Source: Nitrosopumilus sp. (GTDB lineage: Archaea; Thermoproteota; Nitrososphaeria; Nitrososphaerales; Nitrosopumilaceae). Taken from it: a DNA stretch of 64,000 nt. Position 1 is the stretch's first letter. The number at the start of each line of letters is the position of its first letter. Of this stretch, positions 12,380 to 22,427 are shown piece after piece. Made by a program: the position numbers and the translations under genes. Under the pieces are notes generated by a model. It had not been told where the DNA came from. It saw only the letters and a list, made by a program, of their open reading frames with translations, and searched no databases. The stretch covers positions 2,166,440 to 2,230,439 of the forward strand of contig OZ252243.1 in NCBI GenBank assembly GCA_965249555.1. The letters are read 5' to 3'.

Positions 12380-12830
12380 AACTTTAGTTGAATCTCCCCA
12401 TGCAACTAGATTCCATAATCTGCACAAAAATTCTTACAAACTTCTAATTTCTTTAGTACACTAATTGATAGGTGATTTAGATAATCTTACCTGCACACAA
12501 ATTTTTGGATCATCAAGACCTAGTGGACCAGAACCTGCCAAGATATCCGCACCCCCATCAGGCGGAGCTTGTATTCAATGCAGACAGAGAGATTGGGAAG
12601 GACCAGAACCTGCCAAGATATCCGCACCCCCATCAGGCGGAGCTTGTATTCAATGCAGACAGAGAGATTGGGAAGGACCAGAACCTGCCAAGATATCCGC
12701 ACCCCCATCAGGTCCAGGAGAGGAAATTTTAGTAGCATATCCTTGAACTTTTAAAATCTTATCAATTAATCGAGATAAATCATGTACAAGGAAATTTATT
12801 TCCAAATGTTTCATAGTTTGATCTTTTGAA
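12380..12830 (-). pseudogene. mrr: Mrr-family restriction endonuclease remnant
   Basis: GYATKISSPGPDGGADILAGSGP...LGLDDPKICVQV, the Mrr catalytic motif region, split by tandem repeats and stops. Confidence 0.7.
12525..12712. repeat. 75-bp-period tandem repeat (38-bp unit x3 alternating with an identical 37-bp insert x2)
   Basis: GGACCAGAACCTGCCAAGATATCCGCACCCCCATCAGG at 12525, 12600 and 12675. Confidence 0.95.
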
Positions 12831-13229
12831 AAAGCAGTGATACATTTGACAATTGATGAGATGGAAGAATCTCTCAAGTAATTATCAACAAAAAAATAAG
12901 GAGACAGATGAGAAAGATACAAAAAGAGACAGCCAGAGAAATAGCATCAAACATCATAAACAATCCATCTTCAAAAGAAATTGAAACATTGGTCAAAAAA
13001 AAGAATTAACTAATTAAGAATACCACTTGCAGAATAAATTAAAGAATTTGCTCTTCTAATTTTTGAACTGATTTTTTAATCACGTCAGAACATTTTTTTG
13101 CATAGGCGATAATATTGGAGAATTATCACGATACAATAGTGCAACAAAATACTTTGGCTAAAGCCTCAATTTTTGGTTCAATGGTAATCTGAAATAAACG
13201 ATCACCATGAAGAGGGTCATTTTTACTGA

Positions 13230-13688
13230 CTAAATCCAGCCCCCTTTTGGAATCAATTCATGTCCGGTGACAGTTTCAAAATTAGGAATCATATCAAAAT
13301 TAGAATGCCTGTTTTTTATAACATCATGAGCGTTTTTTTCACTGTAATAATTAGACACATATTCAAGTTCATAAAATCTCACATGTTCGGATAAGTTAGT
13401 TTGGTATTCTCCATCAGACAATGAAAAAAAATCTTTTTGAGAGGTAATTATTTTTTCAAAAGTCCTAAAAGCCAAACACTAATCGAGAACTATCGATATA
13501 GTATTGTCCGATCTACCAGCATTGATTTGCAGAGTACTGATATGTTCAATATCTCTGTAACCCAATTTTTTTAACATTCCATATATAGTGTTAAAATAAA
13601 GCGGTAAGAATAATCGTTTTAATCTTATCCAAAGTCTAACTTTTATCACTTTTTCATTTTCAAAATTTGGTGTTTTGATTTTTGCCAT
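13230..13688 (-). pseudogene. hypothetical protein, probably one gene split by an in-frame stop (ORFs 13479..13688 and 13230..13475)
   Basis: Two consecutive same-frame ORFs separated by a stop plus one codon, downstream of the HTH gene. Confidence 0.4.
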
Positions 13689-13696
13689 TTAATTCA

Positions 13697-14164
13697 CTAG
13701 GTAGCTTCAACTTTTTGGGATTTAAATTTATTAGAATTTAATGTGGTCTTGTGATAATCTACATTATGAGCTAAGGTTACAGAATTTTTGAGCGATTCAT
13801 CGGTACTAGATTCAGTGTATTTACTATTAGAATTGTTGAAACTAATATCCAATATAGCATGTAATAGAGATTCAGCAATGCCAGTGACATCATAATATGA
13901 GGATACCCGATTATTGTTTTTTTCATAAAAATTCTGGATCAAATTACCTTCTTGTAAAATTGATAAATGATTAGACAAGCTACTAGAATTCATCTCAAAT
14001 TTAGTTTTCATTTCTGTAAATGTCATTTTACCTTGATCGAGCATAGCAGCGACAAGACCCAATCTACCATCATCATCAGGTCCACGTAATGTGGCCCTTA
14101 CTTCAATCGGAATTCGTTTCGCATATGATTCCAAAACATAATGGTTCAAAATTATGTACCTCAA
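13697..14164 (-). CDS. ArsR-like winged-helix transcriptional regulator
   Basis: MTFTEMKTKFEMNSSSLSNHLSILQEGNLI...YYDVT. Confidence 0.75.
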   Translation of the reverse strand: MRYIILNHYVLESYAKRIPIEVRATLRGPDDDGRLGLVAAMLDQGKMTFTEMKTKFEMNSSSLSNHLSILQEGNLIQNFYEKNNNRVSSYYDVTGIAESLLHAILDISFNNSNSKYTESSTDESLKNSVTLAHNVDYHKTTLNSNKFKSQKVEAT

Positions 14165-14372
14165 TTCAATAATCTGTACCTCTAATATACATTATTTTGT
14201 GATGAAATATGGGAATGGGAAGCAGATGGGAACAGTTCAACAATCGAATTAATGATGAATTTGAAGAATTAAAGAAACGCATTACAATTACGATATATGG
14301 ATCATATCAGCCAGCAGAAGAAAAAGAAGTATTGTTAGCCTTAAAAAAAATATTTGGTAGAGCAAGGACTTT

Positions 14373-14715
14373 TTGACAGATAATCCAGATGTTAGACTGA
14401 TTTGGCTACCAAAAGGACCCACCATATCTAAACATGATAGAGCAGTGTTGGAAAATAAGCATGTGTTGTTGGTATCAGAATATTATGCAATGTTTACAAT
14501 GATGAATAATGCAGTGTCACAATACTTTGGAACAAAAAAATTCAAACTTGATGTTGTTAATTATATTTTTAGAAATACTGCAAAGATGTTCACGAACTTT
14601 TGATCGTCGCTATAGTGTCACAATACTTTGGAACAAAAAAATTCAAACTTGATGTTGTTAATTATATTTTTAGAAATACTGCAAAGATGTTCACGAACTT
14701 TTGATCGTCGCTATA
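14373..14715 (+). mobile_element. IS630-family 3' remnant with ~100-bp tandem duplication of its end
   Basis: VRLIWLPKG motif; 14513-14614 repeated at 14614-14715, each ending CGCTATA. Confidence 0.6.
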
Positions 14716-15080
14716 CATCACCGAGACTGTATTCCTGCTTATCTGTAGTGATATACACCAATTCATTTTTGTCTTGCTGTGGTATTGGTTTTACTGTCGC
14801 AGGTTGTGATTTTTTAGATTCTAACAACTCTATTTTCTCTCTTAACTCTAAATTTTTATTTTCTAACTCTGAAACTCTAGGTTCATTAACTTGAATGATG
14901 TTGGATTAGATCAGAAACTCTAACGCTTCAATAAACTCTTGGTCGGTTATCTTATCCTCTGCCCAAAATCAAGCTATACCTTTGATCCATGATGGGATCG
15001 TATCGTTTTGAGAGTATGCAAAACTAATGCTAGAGAAAATTATTGTTAATACCAATAATGGAAAAATAAATTTTTTATTC
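14716..15080 (-). pseudogene. Nitrosopumilus-type secreted protein with IPSWIK domain, pseudogenised
   Basis: Minus-strand translation IPSWIKGIA*FWAEDKITDQEFIEALEFLI. Confidence 0.65.
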
Positions 15081-15614
15081 AATTTTCAGATTTGTCTTAC
15101 ATCATAAAGGTCAAATGTAATATCTTTGGTTCCTAAAACAGCTTGAAACACAATATTATCATCAATGGCTATTTGCATTACACTATCTGTTAGAAAACCA
15201 CCGCCTAATTCTTTTACTTCTAAATTAATTTGTCTAAAATGAGCAATCATATTGTTTATGTTGGCTTGTATAACTGGATGTAAAGAGAAAAGAGAGCATT
15301 GTATCTTTCCGTAAATCTGTCAACCATGCTTTAAGTTTTTCTTGTTAACTATATATTTTTTCCAAATATTCTTTATAGGTTGAAAATTCTACAGTTTTGA
15401 TACTGCCATCTGCTAACCCATTTAACAAATTGTCTTTTGCTTTGGTTAATTGCTCAGTGGTCATTTAATTAGTAAAATTAAAAGTGTGTTAAATAGATTA
15501 CTATGGTTAGATTTGATAAACAGTATTTTTTTTATTAAGTGTATATTTTAAGCGATCATCAATCCCATATCTATGACTAATTTCTTCCTTGAACCACAAA
15601 TTTTATCTTTTCAG

Positions 15615-15869
15615 GAATGCTAAAAGAGAGGAGAGAATTTGTACAGAATTACAGTTAGGACTGCAAGTCGCGTTTTGTATGTTGAGGGACAGGCCTCGGT
15701 TGATAACTGCGGATAGGTTCTAACGAAGGGATGAAGATAGCATTGAGGAAGAAGCCTCGTATGGATACATGTCCGTCATCTTTTGATTGAAAGCATTCCC
15801 TAGCGAAGGCTATGCCTCGGGATGCAAAAAAGTAGGAAATGTTTAAAAACAATTCACATGGATACATAC
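15615..15869 (+). mobile_element. IS110-family element B, 3' end with non-coding guide region
   Basis: Matches 45212-45465; ends CACATGGATA-CATAC. Confidence 0.85.
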
Positions 15870-15887
15870 AATAAATAATGTTAATAC

Positions 15888-16301
15888 ATGGAAGATGGAA
15901 AAATAGCTATTACAAACAAGATTGAAGATATACAAATAAACCTTAAAAGTGCCAATTATTCTGTATGTAGTAAAATTTCTCACAATTTAGTGAATTTTGC
16001 ATGTAATCTAGAATTAGAAGAAGAGACATTCATAAGTGAAATTTTAGAAAATGTATTTAGTAATTTGATAGACTTGTATAATTATGAAATTCCAAAAGAA
16101 GTCAAAGAAAAAATAAATTTAGACATATCTGAAAAAATTCGATTTATAGCAGAGGCATACAATGCAAAAGATCCTAATCAACTATATGAACGTCTAAAAC
16201 AATTGCGTTATATTACAACACAGCATCAATTGAATGTGTGGCAAAATTATGATGTTTCATCAAAACTTCCACGACATATGATGAAATGGAAGGAGGAATA
16301 A
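15888..16301 (+). CDS. hypothetical helical protein
   Basis: Intact 137-aa ORF closely followed by the next ORF. Confidence 0.6.
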   Translation: MEDGKIAITNKIEDIQINLKSANYSVCSKISHNLVNFACNLELEEETFISEILENVFSNLIDLYNYEIPKEVKEKINLDISEKIRFIAEAYNAKDPNQLYERLKQLRYITTQHQLNVWQNYDVSSKLPRHMMKWKEE

Positions 16302-16304
16302 AAC

Positions 16305-16712
16305 ATGAAACGAATATCTACTGATAAAACTGAAATAGTACTTGAACAGAATACGTATACATTGGAATACATAAAAAAAGCATTTCAAAATACTCCACAT
16401 GTTGATTCAGATTACTTTAGATATCTAGGAATTGAATTATGTGGTTTGATGGAAAGAGTATTAAAAGATAATGATAAAAAACAGCAAATGTTAGAAAGTT
16501 ATGGTCTAGTTCAAATACAAGAAATTACAGATGAGAACAATTTTGATTTGGATAAAGAAAGTGTTAGGAAAATAATATTAAAAGAAATTAGTATGGGTCA
16601 AATTTTTTATCCAAGTGATATATGTAACAAGCATAATTTAGACTTGGAAATGGTAATGATTGTAATTAACGAATTAAGAGAAAGCGGACAAATTATTAAT
16701 AAACCCAAATAG
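16305..16712 (+). CDS. hypothetical protein with C-terminal winged-helix-like segment
   Basis: GGAGG before the start; FYPSDICNKHNLDLEMVMIVINELRESGQI. Confidence 0.6.
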   Translation: MKRISTDKTEIVLEQNTYTLEYIKKAFQNTPHVDSDYFRYLGIELCGLMERVLKDNDKKQQMLESYGLVQIQEITDENNFDLDKESVRKIILKEISMGQIFYPSDICNKHNLDLEMVMIVINELRESGQIINKPK

Positions 16713-16715
16713 TAG

Positions 16716-18178
16716 GTATGTATTAAGCACTTAGATGTATTTTGCCATCTCAGAGAACATGTTCAATTCCCTTATTCTCCATGTCTCAAAGCATGTGAGA
16801 AAGACTGAGATCATCCTCATGCCCTGATCACTCTTCATCTGCCCGCGAACATTCCTCTGCATCACGCACTTTCGAATGGAATTCTCTGCATCATTGTTAG
16901 TTGACGGGACATCGCCATCCATGACAAACGTAAACATGCTGTTCCTTGCAGTCTTTAGCTTCTTGCCAAACTGAACCATCTCCGTATCGCCTTTCAAATA
17001 TCGTGCAATGATACGGTCCAGCTGTTTTAGTAAATCATTCCTGTACGTTTCCCGCCGTTTTGTATGACGATTACCTACACTCCAAACCCTGGCATGACCT
17101 AGCATATCTGAGAGTTTCTCATATAGGATCCGGGCCTTTTTGTCCTGTGATTTTATTGCCAGATATTTGGCATCGCGCTGCAGGTGTGCGGTGCATCTCT
17201 GCTTTGTGTTATCACAAAATACTGTCCTGTACGGAGCATATCCGTCAGACACTAGGGTTCCTTTGAATTTCTTCCAGTACTTTTTTAGAACATTGGCACC
17301 TCTGCTGTACTCCAAGGCATACTGTGCACTAGTCTTGCTTCTTGCAACCCACATCCATCCATTATTTCCATCAATTGAAAATCCTGTCTCATCGATTCCG
17401 AGAATCTTTTCAGTCACGATTTCGCTGTGGATTGTATTGTAAAATGACTCTAACATCACACTACCGTTGCGAAGAATGGATTGTACGGTTGTATTGCTGA
17501 TTTCTAATCCATATCTTTCATAGAGTGTGGTTCTGATGGTATCGTATGGCATTCTCTTTGAGAACAGTGAGACTACCTCACGTATCACTGAACCATCAAA
17601 ACATCCATGCTGTGGAAGGTTTCCTGTGGTTTGAAAATTATCAGAACAGTTCATGCAGATGTATTGATTCAAAACATGCTCAGTTATACCGTAGGGTGTT
17701 GGTGGAGGAATCTCAACCATTGTCCTTTTGCAGGTTTTGGTTTGATGAATATTTTCACTGCCGCATTTAGGACATGCATCTGATTTGTGGTGTTTGGTGC
17801 TAGTTGGTCTGAATTTCTGTGTATTGCCCTTGTGTCCTGCTATTCCACCACGTCTTAGTTCACCTGACTGTCTGTGTTGTCTTTTTTGCTTTCTCCATTC
17901 AAGGGAATTCTTTGATGGCGGAGAGTGCGCATTCTCATAATATGACAGCTTTTTTTGCAGTTCCTTGTTTGATTCTATGAGATTCTCTATGATTAGTTTT
18001 TGTTGTTTTGACTCTTCTTGTAGTTGTTTTATCTCTTCTTGCTGTTGTTTCATCCCTTCTTGTAATTGTATGATGATTTTCTCATGATCACAATCTGGCA
18101 TGTGTTGTGTGATGATTTAGTTGATCTTAGATCTTTTTGTGTAATGATATTGATTTGTGCGTGAAGGTTGATACATAC
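16716..18178 (-). mobile_element. IS66-family single-ORF element (transposase 16731..18101)
   Basis: TIR GTATGTAT.AA / TTGATACATAC; coiled coil, CPKCG zinc finger, IDETG, SDGY, QRCTAHL and TNNDAEN motifs. Confidence 0.92.
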
Positions 18179-18179
18179 G

Positions 18180-18568
18180 AAAAAGCAAAGGATCTCATCA
18201 TGTTTTGTTCATTGGAATGATTACAAAACAAATAAAAATCCCTAGCAAGATTCTATGTGAGTCATTTCTTGTTGGTGTTTTGTATCTGGCTGGAACACTA
18301 TATCTGTATGAGAATGCAGTGAGACGGGGATTACCATATGTCCATTCAGCTGTTCTGATGGTTCAGTTATTCATCATAAAGTCATGGATGAGAATTCCAA
18401 GTGACAGCACACTGCATTATTTTCTCTCAATCAAATGTACCAATGACAAATTACTCAAGGTTTGCAGGTTAAATCCCTGACAGAAGGACAATTGACAGAA
18501 GATTTCAATGCTTGCCAATCAATGAAATTATTAGCACTGTAGGATGTTTGTTTGTCCCAGAAGGATGC
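18180..18568 (+). mobile_element. fragment of the DDE transposase element seen at 61725..62858
   Basis: ORF 18205..18480 homologous to 62576..62860. Confidence 0.8.
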
Positions 18569-18581
18569 CAGATTAATAGTG

Positions 18582-18652
18582 TGGACTGACGGGGAATCGA
18601 ACCCCGACCTACCTTATCTTACGAGGCAATTCTACCTTTAAACTATCAGCCC
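18582..18652 (-). tRNA. non-canonical tRNA, module 1: Ala-type acceptor (G3.U70, A73), anticodon AAG
   Basis: GGGCTGA TA GTTT AAAGGTA GAAT T GCCT CGTAAGATA AGGT AGGT CGGGG TTCGATT CCCCG TCAGTCC A; full cloverleaf with a C31.A39 mismatch. Confidence 0.85.
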
Positions 18653-18685
18653 ACAAAGATTTTATAGTAATCCAAAATAAGAATA

Positions 18686-18731
18686 TTATCTTACGAGGCT
18701 AAAGGCTATCATTAAACTAGCCTATTTTTTT
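18686..18731 (+). ncRNA. predicted antisense small RNA against the module 1 tRNA
   Basis: TATA-like TTTTATAG at 18660; 14 nt TTATCTTACGAGGC complementary to the anticodon arm; hairpin AGGCTA/TAGCCT; T7 run. Confidence 0.65.
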
Positions 18732-18853
18732 ATTTCAAATGTATCATGCTTTTATACAAATTTTGTAATAAGGATATGCAAATCTCAGATAACTTTATAT
18801 ACTTTTTAGAACCATACACAAAATATATTTAAAGATCTAAGCCAATAATTTTA

Positions 18854-19759
18854 GGCGATTAGGTACCTACTACCCCTAACATATTTCTCAGCAATAAATC
18901 AAACAGATTACAATCCCTGTTATTGTATCTCCATTCCATCTCCTTGAGGTACAGTAAAAATTTGCCTGGACTCACCCCGTGATGCTTTGCCATGTTTTCT
19001 TTGGCAAAGCTCCAAAAGCCTTCAATGCCGTTAATGTAAACATCCCCTTTGCCAAACATCTTGTTGTGATCTACTGAGAGATGTCTGTATCCATGAAACA
19101 CCAGTGAGTCATATCCCTTCCACTTGTCAGTGTACACAATGCTTCCTTTTTTCACTTTTCTAATTGTACTTTTCAGAAGGGTTTTAGCTTTTACATTATT
19201 TACTATCTCAACGTGAATTCTGCCTTTTCTCTCTAAAATTCCAAACACAATGGTCTTGTTTTTGGCACCACGTCCACGATTTCCCATTCCTTTTTCCTCC
19301 AAAATACGCCTCGTCAGCCTCAATCTGGCCCTTTAGGACCTTGTCAGTATCTGCCAATTCCTCAAGTATGGAGTATCTGATTGCATCAAATGCCCTCAGA
19401 GCTTGTCTTGCAACTTTTGCATCTGCTCTGATGCAGTCTTGGCAGATACGGATAGCTCAAAGAGCTTGATCAGCGAGAGCCATTTGGAATATGGAATTCT
19501 AATCAATGAGAATTTGGAGCTGGAAAAGGGTTTGAAGTCTTTCTGGCATTTTGTGCATCTCATATTGTTTCTGCTTTTCATGATATAGAGATCTTTGTTT
19601 TTGCAGAAAATGCAGGAAAGATCCTCAGTGCACCTTGATTCCAGGAATTGCACCAACAATGATTCATCAGAGATTGTTTTTGCAAATGATACAAAATCCA
19701 TCCATTGTTTTTGTGAAATATTCCATGATAATCTTAGGGGTAGTAGGTACCCAATCACC
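18854..19759 (-). mobile_element. IS1595-family element, full length, frameshifted transposase (19396..19761 and 18859..19323)
   Basis: ~25-bp TIRs GGCGATTAGGTACCTACTACCCCTAA / TTAGGGGTAGTAGGTACCCAATCACC; Zn ribbon plus RGRG, YTD and NGIEGFWS motifs. Confidence 0.9.
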
Positions 19760-19908
19760 AAAAATTAACAAACAAAAGACCAATAAATTTCCTAATCTTT
19801 TTTGGTTTTGAAATCCAAAATATAGTAACCAATGGTGATAAAAATAAACATGCACACAAACAAGCATCTCTACTCATTGGTTCTTCACTATTCAATATCT
19901 TATTCCTG

Positions 19909-19957
19909 AAAGTATAACCTAGTTTTACTCAATTTAAGTCATACTTGGTTATACTTT
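19909..19957. promoter_or_regulatory. inverted repeat, candidate operator upstream of the RHH gene
   Basis: AAAGTATAACCtAGT ... ACTtGGTTATACTTT directly before ATG 19962. Confidence 0.5.
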
Positions 19958-19961
19958 ACTC

Positions 19962-20102
19962 ATGAAGGTCAAAATTGCAATATCTGTTGATCTTGATTTG
20001 TTAAAATGGATTGAATTAGAAGTGAAAAACAATAGATTTACAAATAAAAGTCATGGCTTTAATTATTGTGTTAAAATTGTAAAAGAAAGAAAATTACTAT
20101 GA
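19962..20102 (+). CDS. ribbon-helix-helix (CopG-like) protein, 46 aa, absent from the ORF track
   Basis: MKVKIAISVDLDLLKWIELEVKNNRFTNKSHGFNYCVK: beta-helix-helix pattern. Confidence 0.7.
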   Translation: MKVKIAISVDLDLLKWIELEVKNNRFTNKSHGFNYCVKIVKERKLL

Positions 20103-20163
20103 ATAAACAAATTGAGAAAAATTTTGAAAAAATGTGGAAAGAACAAAAATTAGAAAAATAAAA

Positions 20164-20592
20164 TCATTGAATAAACCACAGTTGTTTATTTTCTTCTTCA
20201 AATTTAATTTTGTATTTCTTGAAAATCGTATCACGACCTAAAATAACATAAGGCAATTCAGCTTTTACAGGTACACGAATGAGAGGATTTGATATTTCGT
20301 TTAAAACAGTATTGCCTTTCATCAAAATTATTCGATTCATATTACAAGCATACACTTCAAAAGAACCACTCACACCACCAGCTTTATCTATTTTCTTAGT
20401 TTGTTTTATTCCCAATACATCTGCCATTATTTTTGGAATGAGTGTGATCTGTGCACCTGAATCCACCAAAGCTAATGTTGGAAAATATAGATCATTATGA
20501 CATAAAATAATATGAACTAAAGGCAAGTGATTAGCTTTTTCACGAAAATATTTTATTCTAATTTTTTTCTTAGATGTGTTTCTATAATTCAT
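20164..20592 (-). CDS. retropepsin-like aspartyl protease
   Basis: ALVDSGA and VILGRD motifs. Confidence 0.85.
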   Translation of the reverse strand: MNYRNTSKKKIRIKYFREKANHLPLVHIILCHNDLYFPTLALVDSGAQITLIPKIMADVLGIKQTKKIDKAGGVSGSFEVYACNMNRIILMKGNTVLNEISNPLIRVPVKAELPYVILGRDTIFKKYKIKFEEENKQLWFIQ

Positions 20593-20595
20593 ATC

Positions 20596-20823
20596 TTACA
20601 ACAATAAAGGTGATTCAACAACTTTCATAATGAAAGGTATTCTATTAGGAAATTTGATTTGAAAAGAAGCCCATACTTTTTTCAAATCTACATCACTTTC
20701 AACGACAGATTCATCTAAAACAGCGATCCATTTACCGTCATATTTGCTTAGTTCCTTGCCGTTATTATAGACAAATTCGTATTCTTTTTCAGTATCAAAT
20801 TCCATAGTATTTTTTTCAGCCAT
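20596..20823 (-). CDS. DUF5678-like protein, partner of the aspartyl protease
   Basis: LSKYDGKWIAVLDESVV motif; adjacent co-oriented pair. Confidence 0.75.
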   Translation of the reverse strand: MAEKNTMEFDTEKEYEFVYNNGKELSKYDGKWIAVLDESVVESDVDLKKVWASFQIKFPNRIPFIMKVVESPLLL

Positions 20824-20881
20824 TTTACCTATTTATGAATTTTGCCTAAAAGATCGGCAGATAGAAATTTTTAACTAACCA

Positions 20882-21976
20882 GGCTCTTAAAGATTGCAAC
20901 AACGGTGGCAGGCATTCCAAAAAGGGTTCACTACTGACTGCTACCCAGCATATCAAAAGGCAGTGAAGAAATGGAAAAAATCAATGCCATTGGATAATAT
21001 ATCTCACATACAAAATAGGGCAAAAGACCAATCAACATTAAACATATCTGCTGAAAAAACGGCAGATGGTAATCCAAGGCACAACAACGTCATAGAGAGC
21101 ACATGGTCTAAATTAAAGTGAAATATGGCTGTACTTGGATCATATGATAACAAGTACGAAAATGTATAGGGTAATAACATACTGCGTTATAATTTCATCA
21201 GACCGCATAGCGGACTGGTGGAAATATCAGTGGAAAGGCACGGAAACACAAACAAAATACACATAACGCCTGCAATGGCAGGAGGATATCCGGTATGGTT
21301 TGCCAATTTCTCAGAACTGTTCAAAGCATAGAAATATGACAAGTCATTTGTCTTCAAGGTTGATTCCTTGTTGAGTGAGCTAAAGGTGGGAGTCAGGAAA
21401 AAAGAAGTGATAATATTTGTAAAACCAAATGTTTCAAAGAGTGTAATCAAAAAGATTGACAGCATATCGCAAGTAAAGTGTGGATTTGTAAAGGATTCTG
21501 GAAAAGAGCAATGGAGACGCAGGATTGATTCGATTATGAATATGAATCGTAGACGTACTGCAAAGTTAGGTCTGGTGCCAGAACAGACATTTGAGGTATG
21601 CAATAGATGTGGGATTCAGGCAGTTACATCACAGGAAGTGTAAGAGATTATCGGATACAGGAGGGTTGGCAAGAAAATAATCACCCAGCCAAATTGTCAT
21701 AAATGCCGATCTGAAATTTCTAAAAATCCCAAAAAACCTACTGGTAAAAACAAAAAGCCTATCAAGAAAGGTCAGAAACGTTTGTTTTAGGATTCTGACA
21801 GTCCGGATCACCAAAATTGTACAGGTCATATTTTTAGAAATTCTGATAGTATTCAAGAATTTTTTATATCACTTTTGATCAAGGGTTTTTTCAGGGGAGT
21901 CGGGCAATCTTGAGAAAATCCACATTTGTCACTTTTGACCATTATCTATGCTAGATCATCAGAACTGACCAGAGCC
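20882..21976 (+). mobile_element. degenerate IS6/IS1-like element
   Basis: Ends GGCTCT...TGACCAGAGCC; TTDCYPAY, HNNVIES and YNFIRPH...TPAMAGG fragments; 3' part homologous to the flanks of 40897..42474. Confidence 0.6.
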
Positions 21977-21995
21977 GAAAAAACATTTCTAGAAA

Positions 21996-22427
21996 TCACT
22001 GATCAGAATTAATTGTAGTCAAGCTTAGTGTCGCTTTAGCTAAATCACCATCATATTTTTCAAGTGCCTCCTTTACAGTTTCTTCATCGCGTCCTGTTTG
22101 TAACATTACTAATTTTATATCTTCTTTATCAAAGTAAGGTTGCTTGATATAATCTGTTCTTGCCATGACACTTAATATTGTTCTAGCTAAATCAATATTA
22201 TTTTTTTCAAGTTCTTCTATGGCAGTCTCTTTACTGTATCTTGTTTCAGACATTATATGATCTATGTCTTCTGGTGTTATTTTTTCATCTGATTCCATAA
22301 GCAAAAAAATGATTTGTTTCGATTCTATAGAAACAATTGAAACTGTGCAAGCAATTGTAGGTCCTGAATACACATTGTCTTGTGTTGCATATTCAACCCT
22401 ATCAAAATAATCTAGGTTCAAATGCAT
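21996..22427 (-). CDS. protein with two NAC-type UBA domains (true start probably near MESDEK)
   Basis: EDIDHIMSET...ELEKNNIDLARTIL and EDIKLVMLQTG...EALEKYDGDLAKATL. Confidence 0.7.
   Translation of the reverse strand: MHLNLDYFDRVEYATQDNVYSGPTIACTVSIVSIESKQIIFLLMESDEKITPEDIDHIMSETRYSKETAIEELEKNNIDLARTILSVMARTDYIKQPYFDKEDIKLVMLQTGRDEETVKEALEKYDGDLAKATLSLTTINSDQ

Noticed and set aside
12525-12712. CRISPR array (38-bp repeats, 37-bp spacers)
   Set aside because: The two spacers are identical, the repeat is Mrr coding sequence, and no cas genes are recognised in the window.
12465-12754. Repeat-containing ORFs in several frames
   Set aside because: By-products of the 75-bp tandem repeat.
18614-18699. 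Upstream copies of tRNA sequence as integration (att) scars
   Set aside because: att duplications are contiguous tRNA ends flanking an insert. These are internal, discontiguous, at fixed spacing, have their own hairpin and T-run, and co-vary in three loci.
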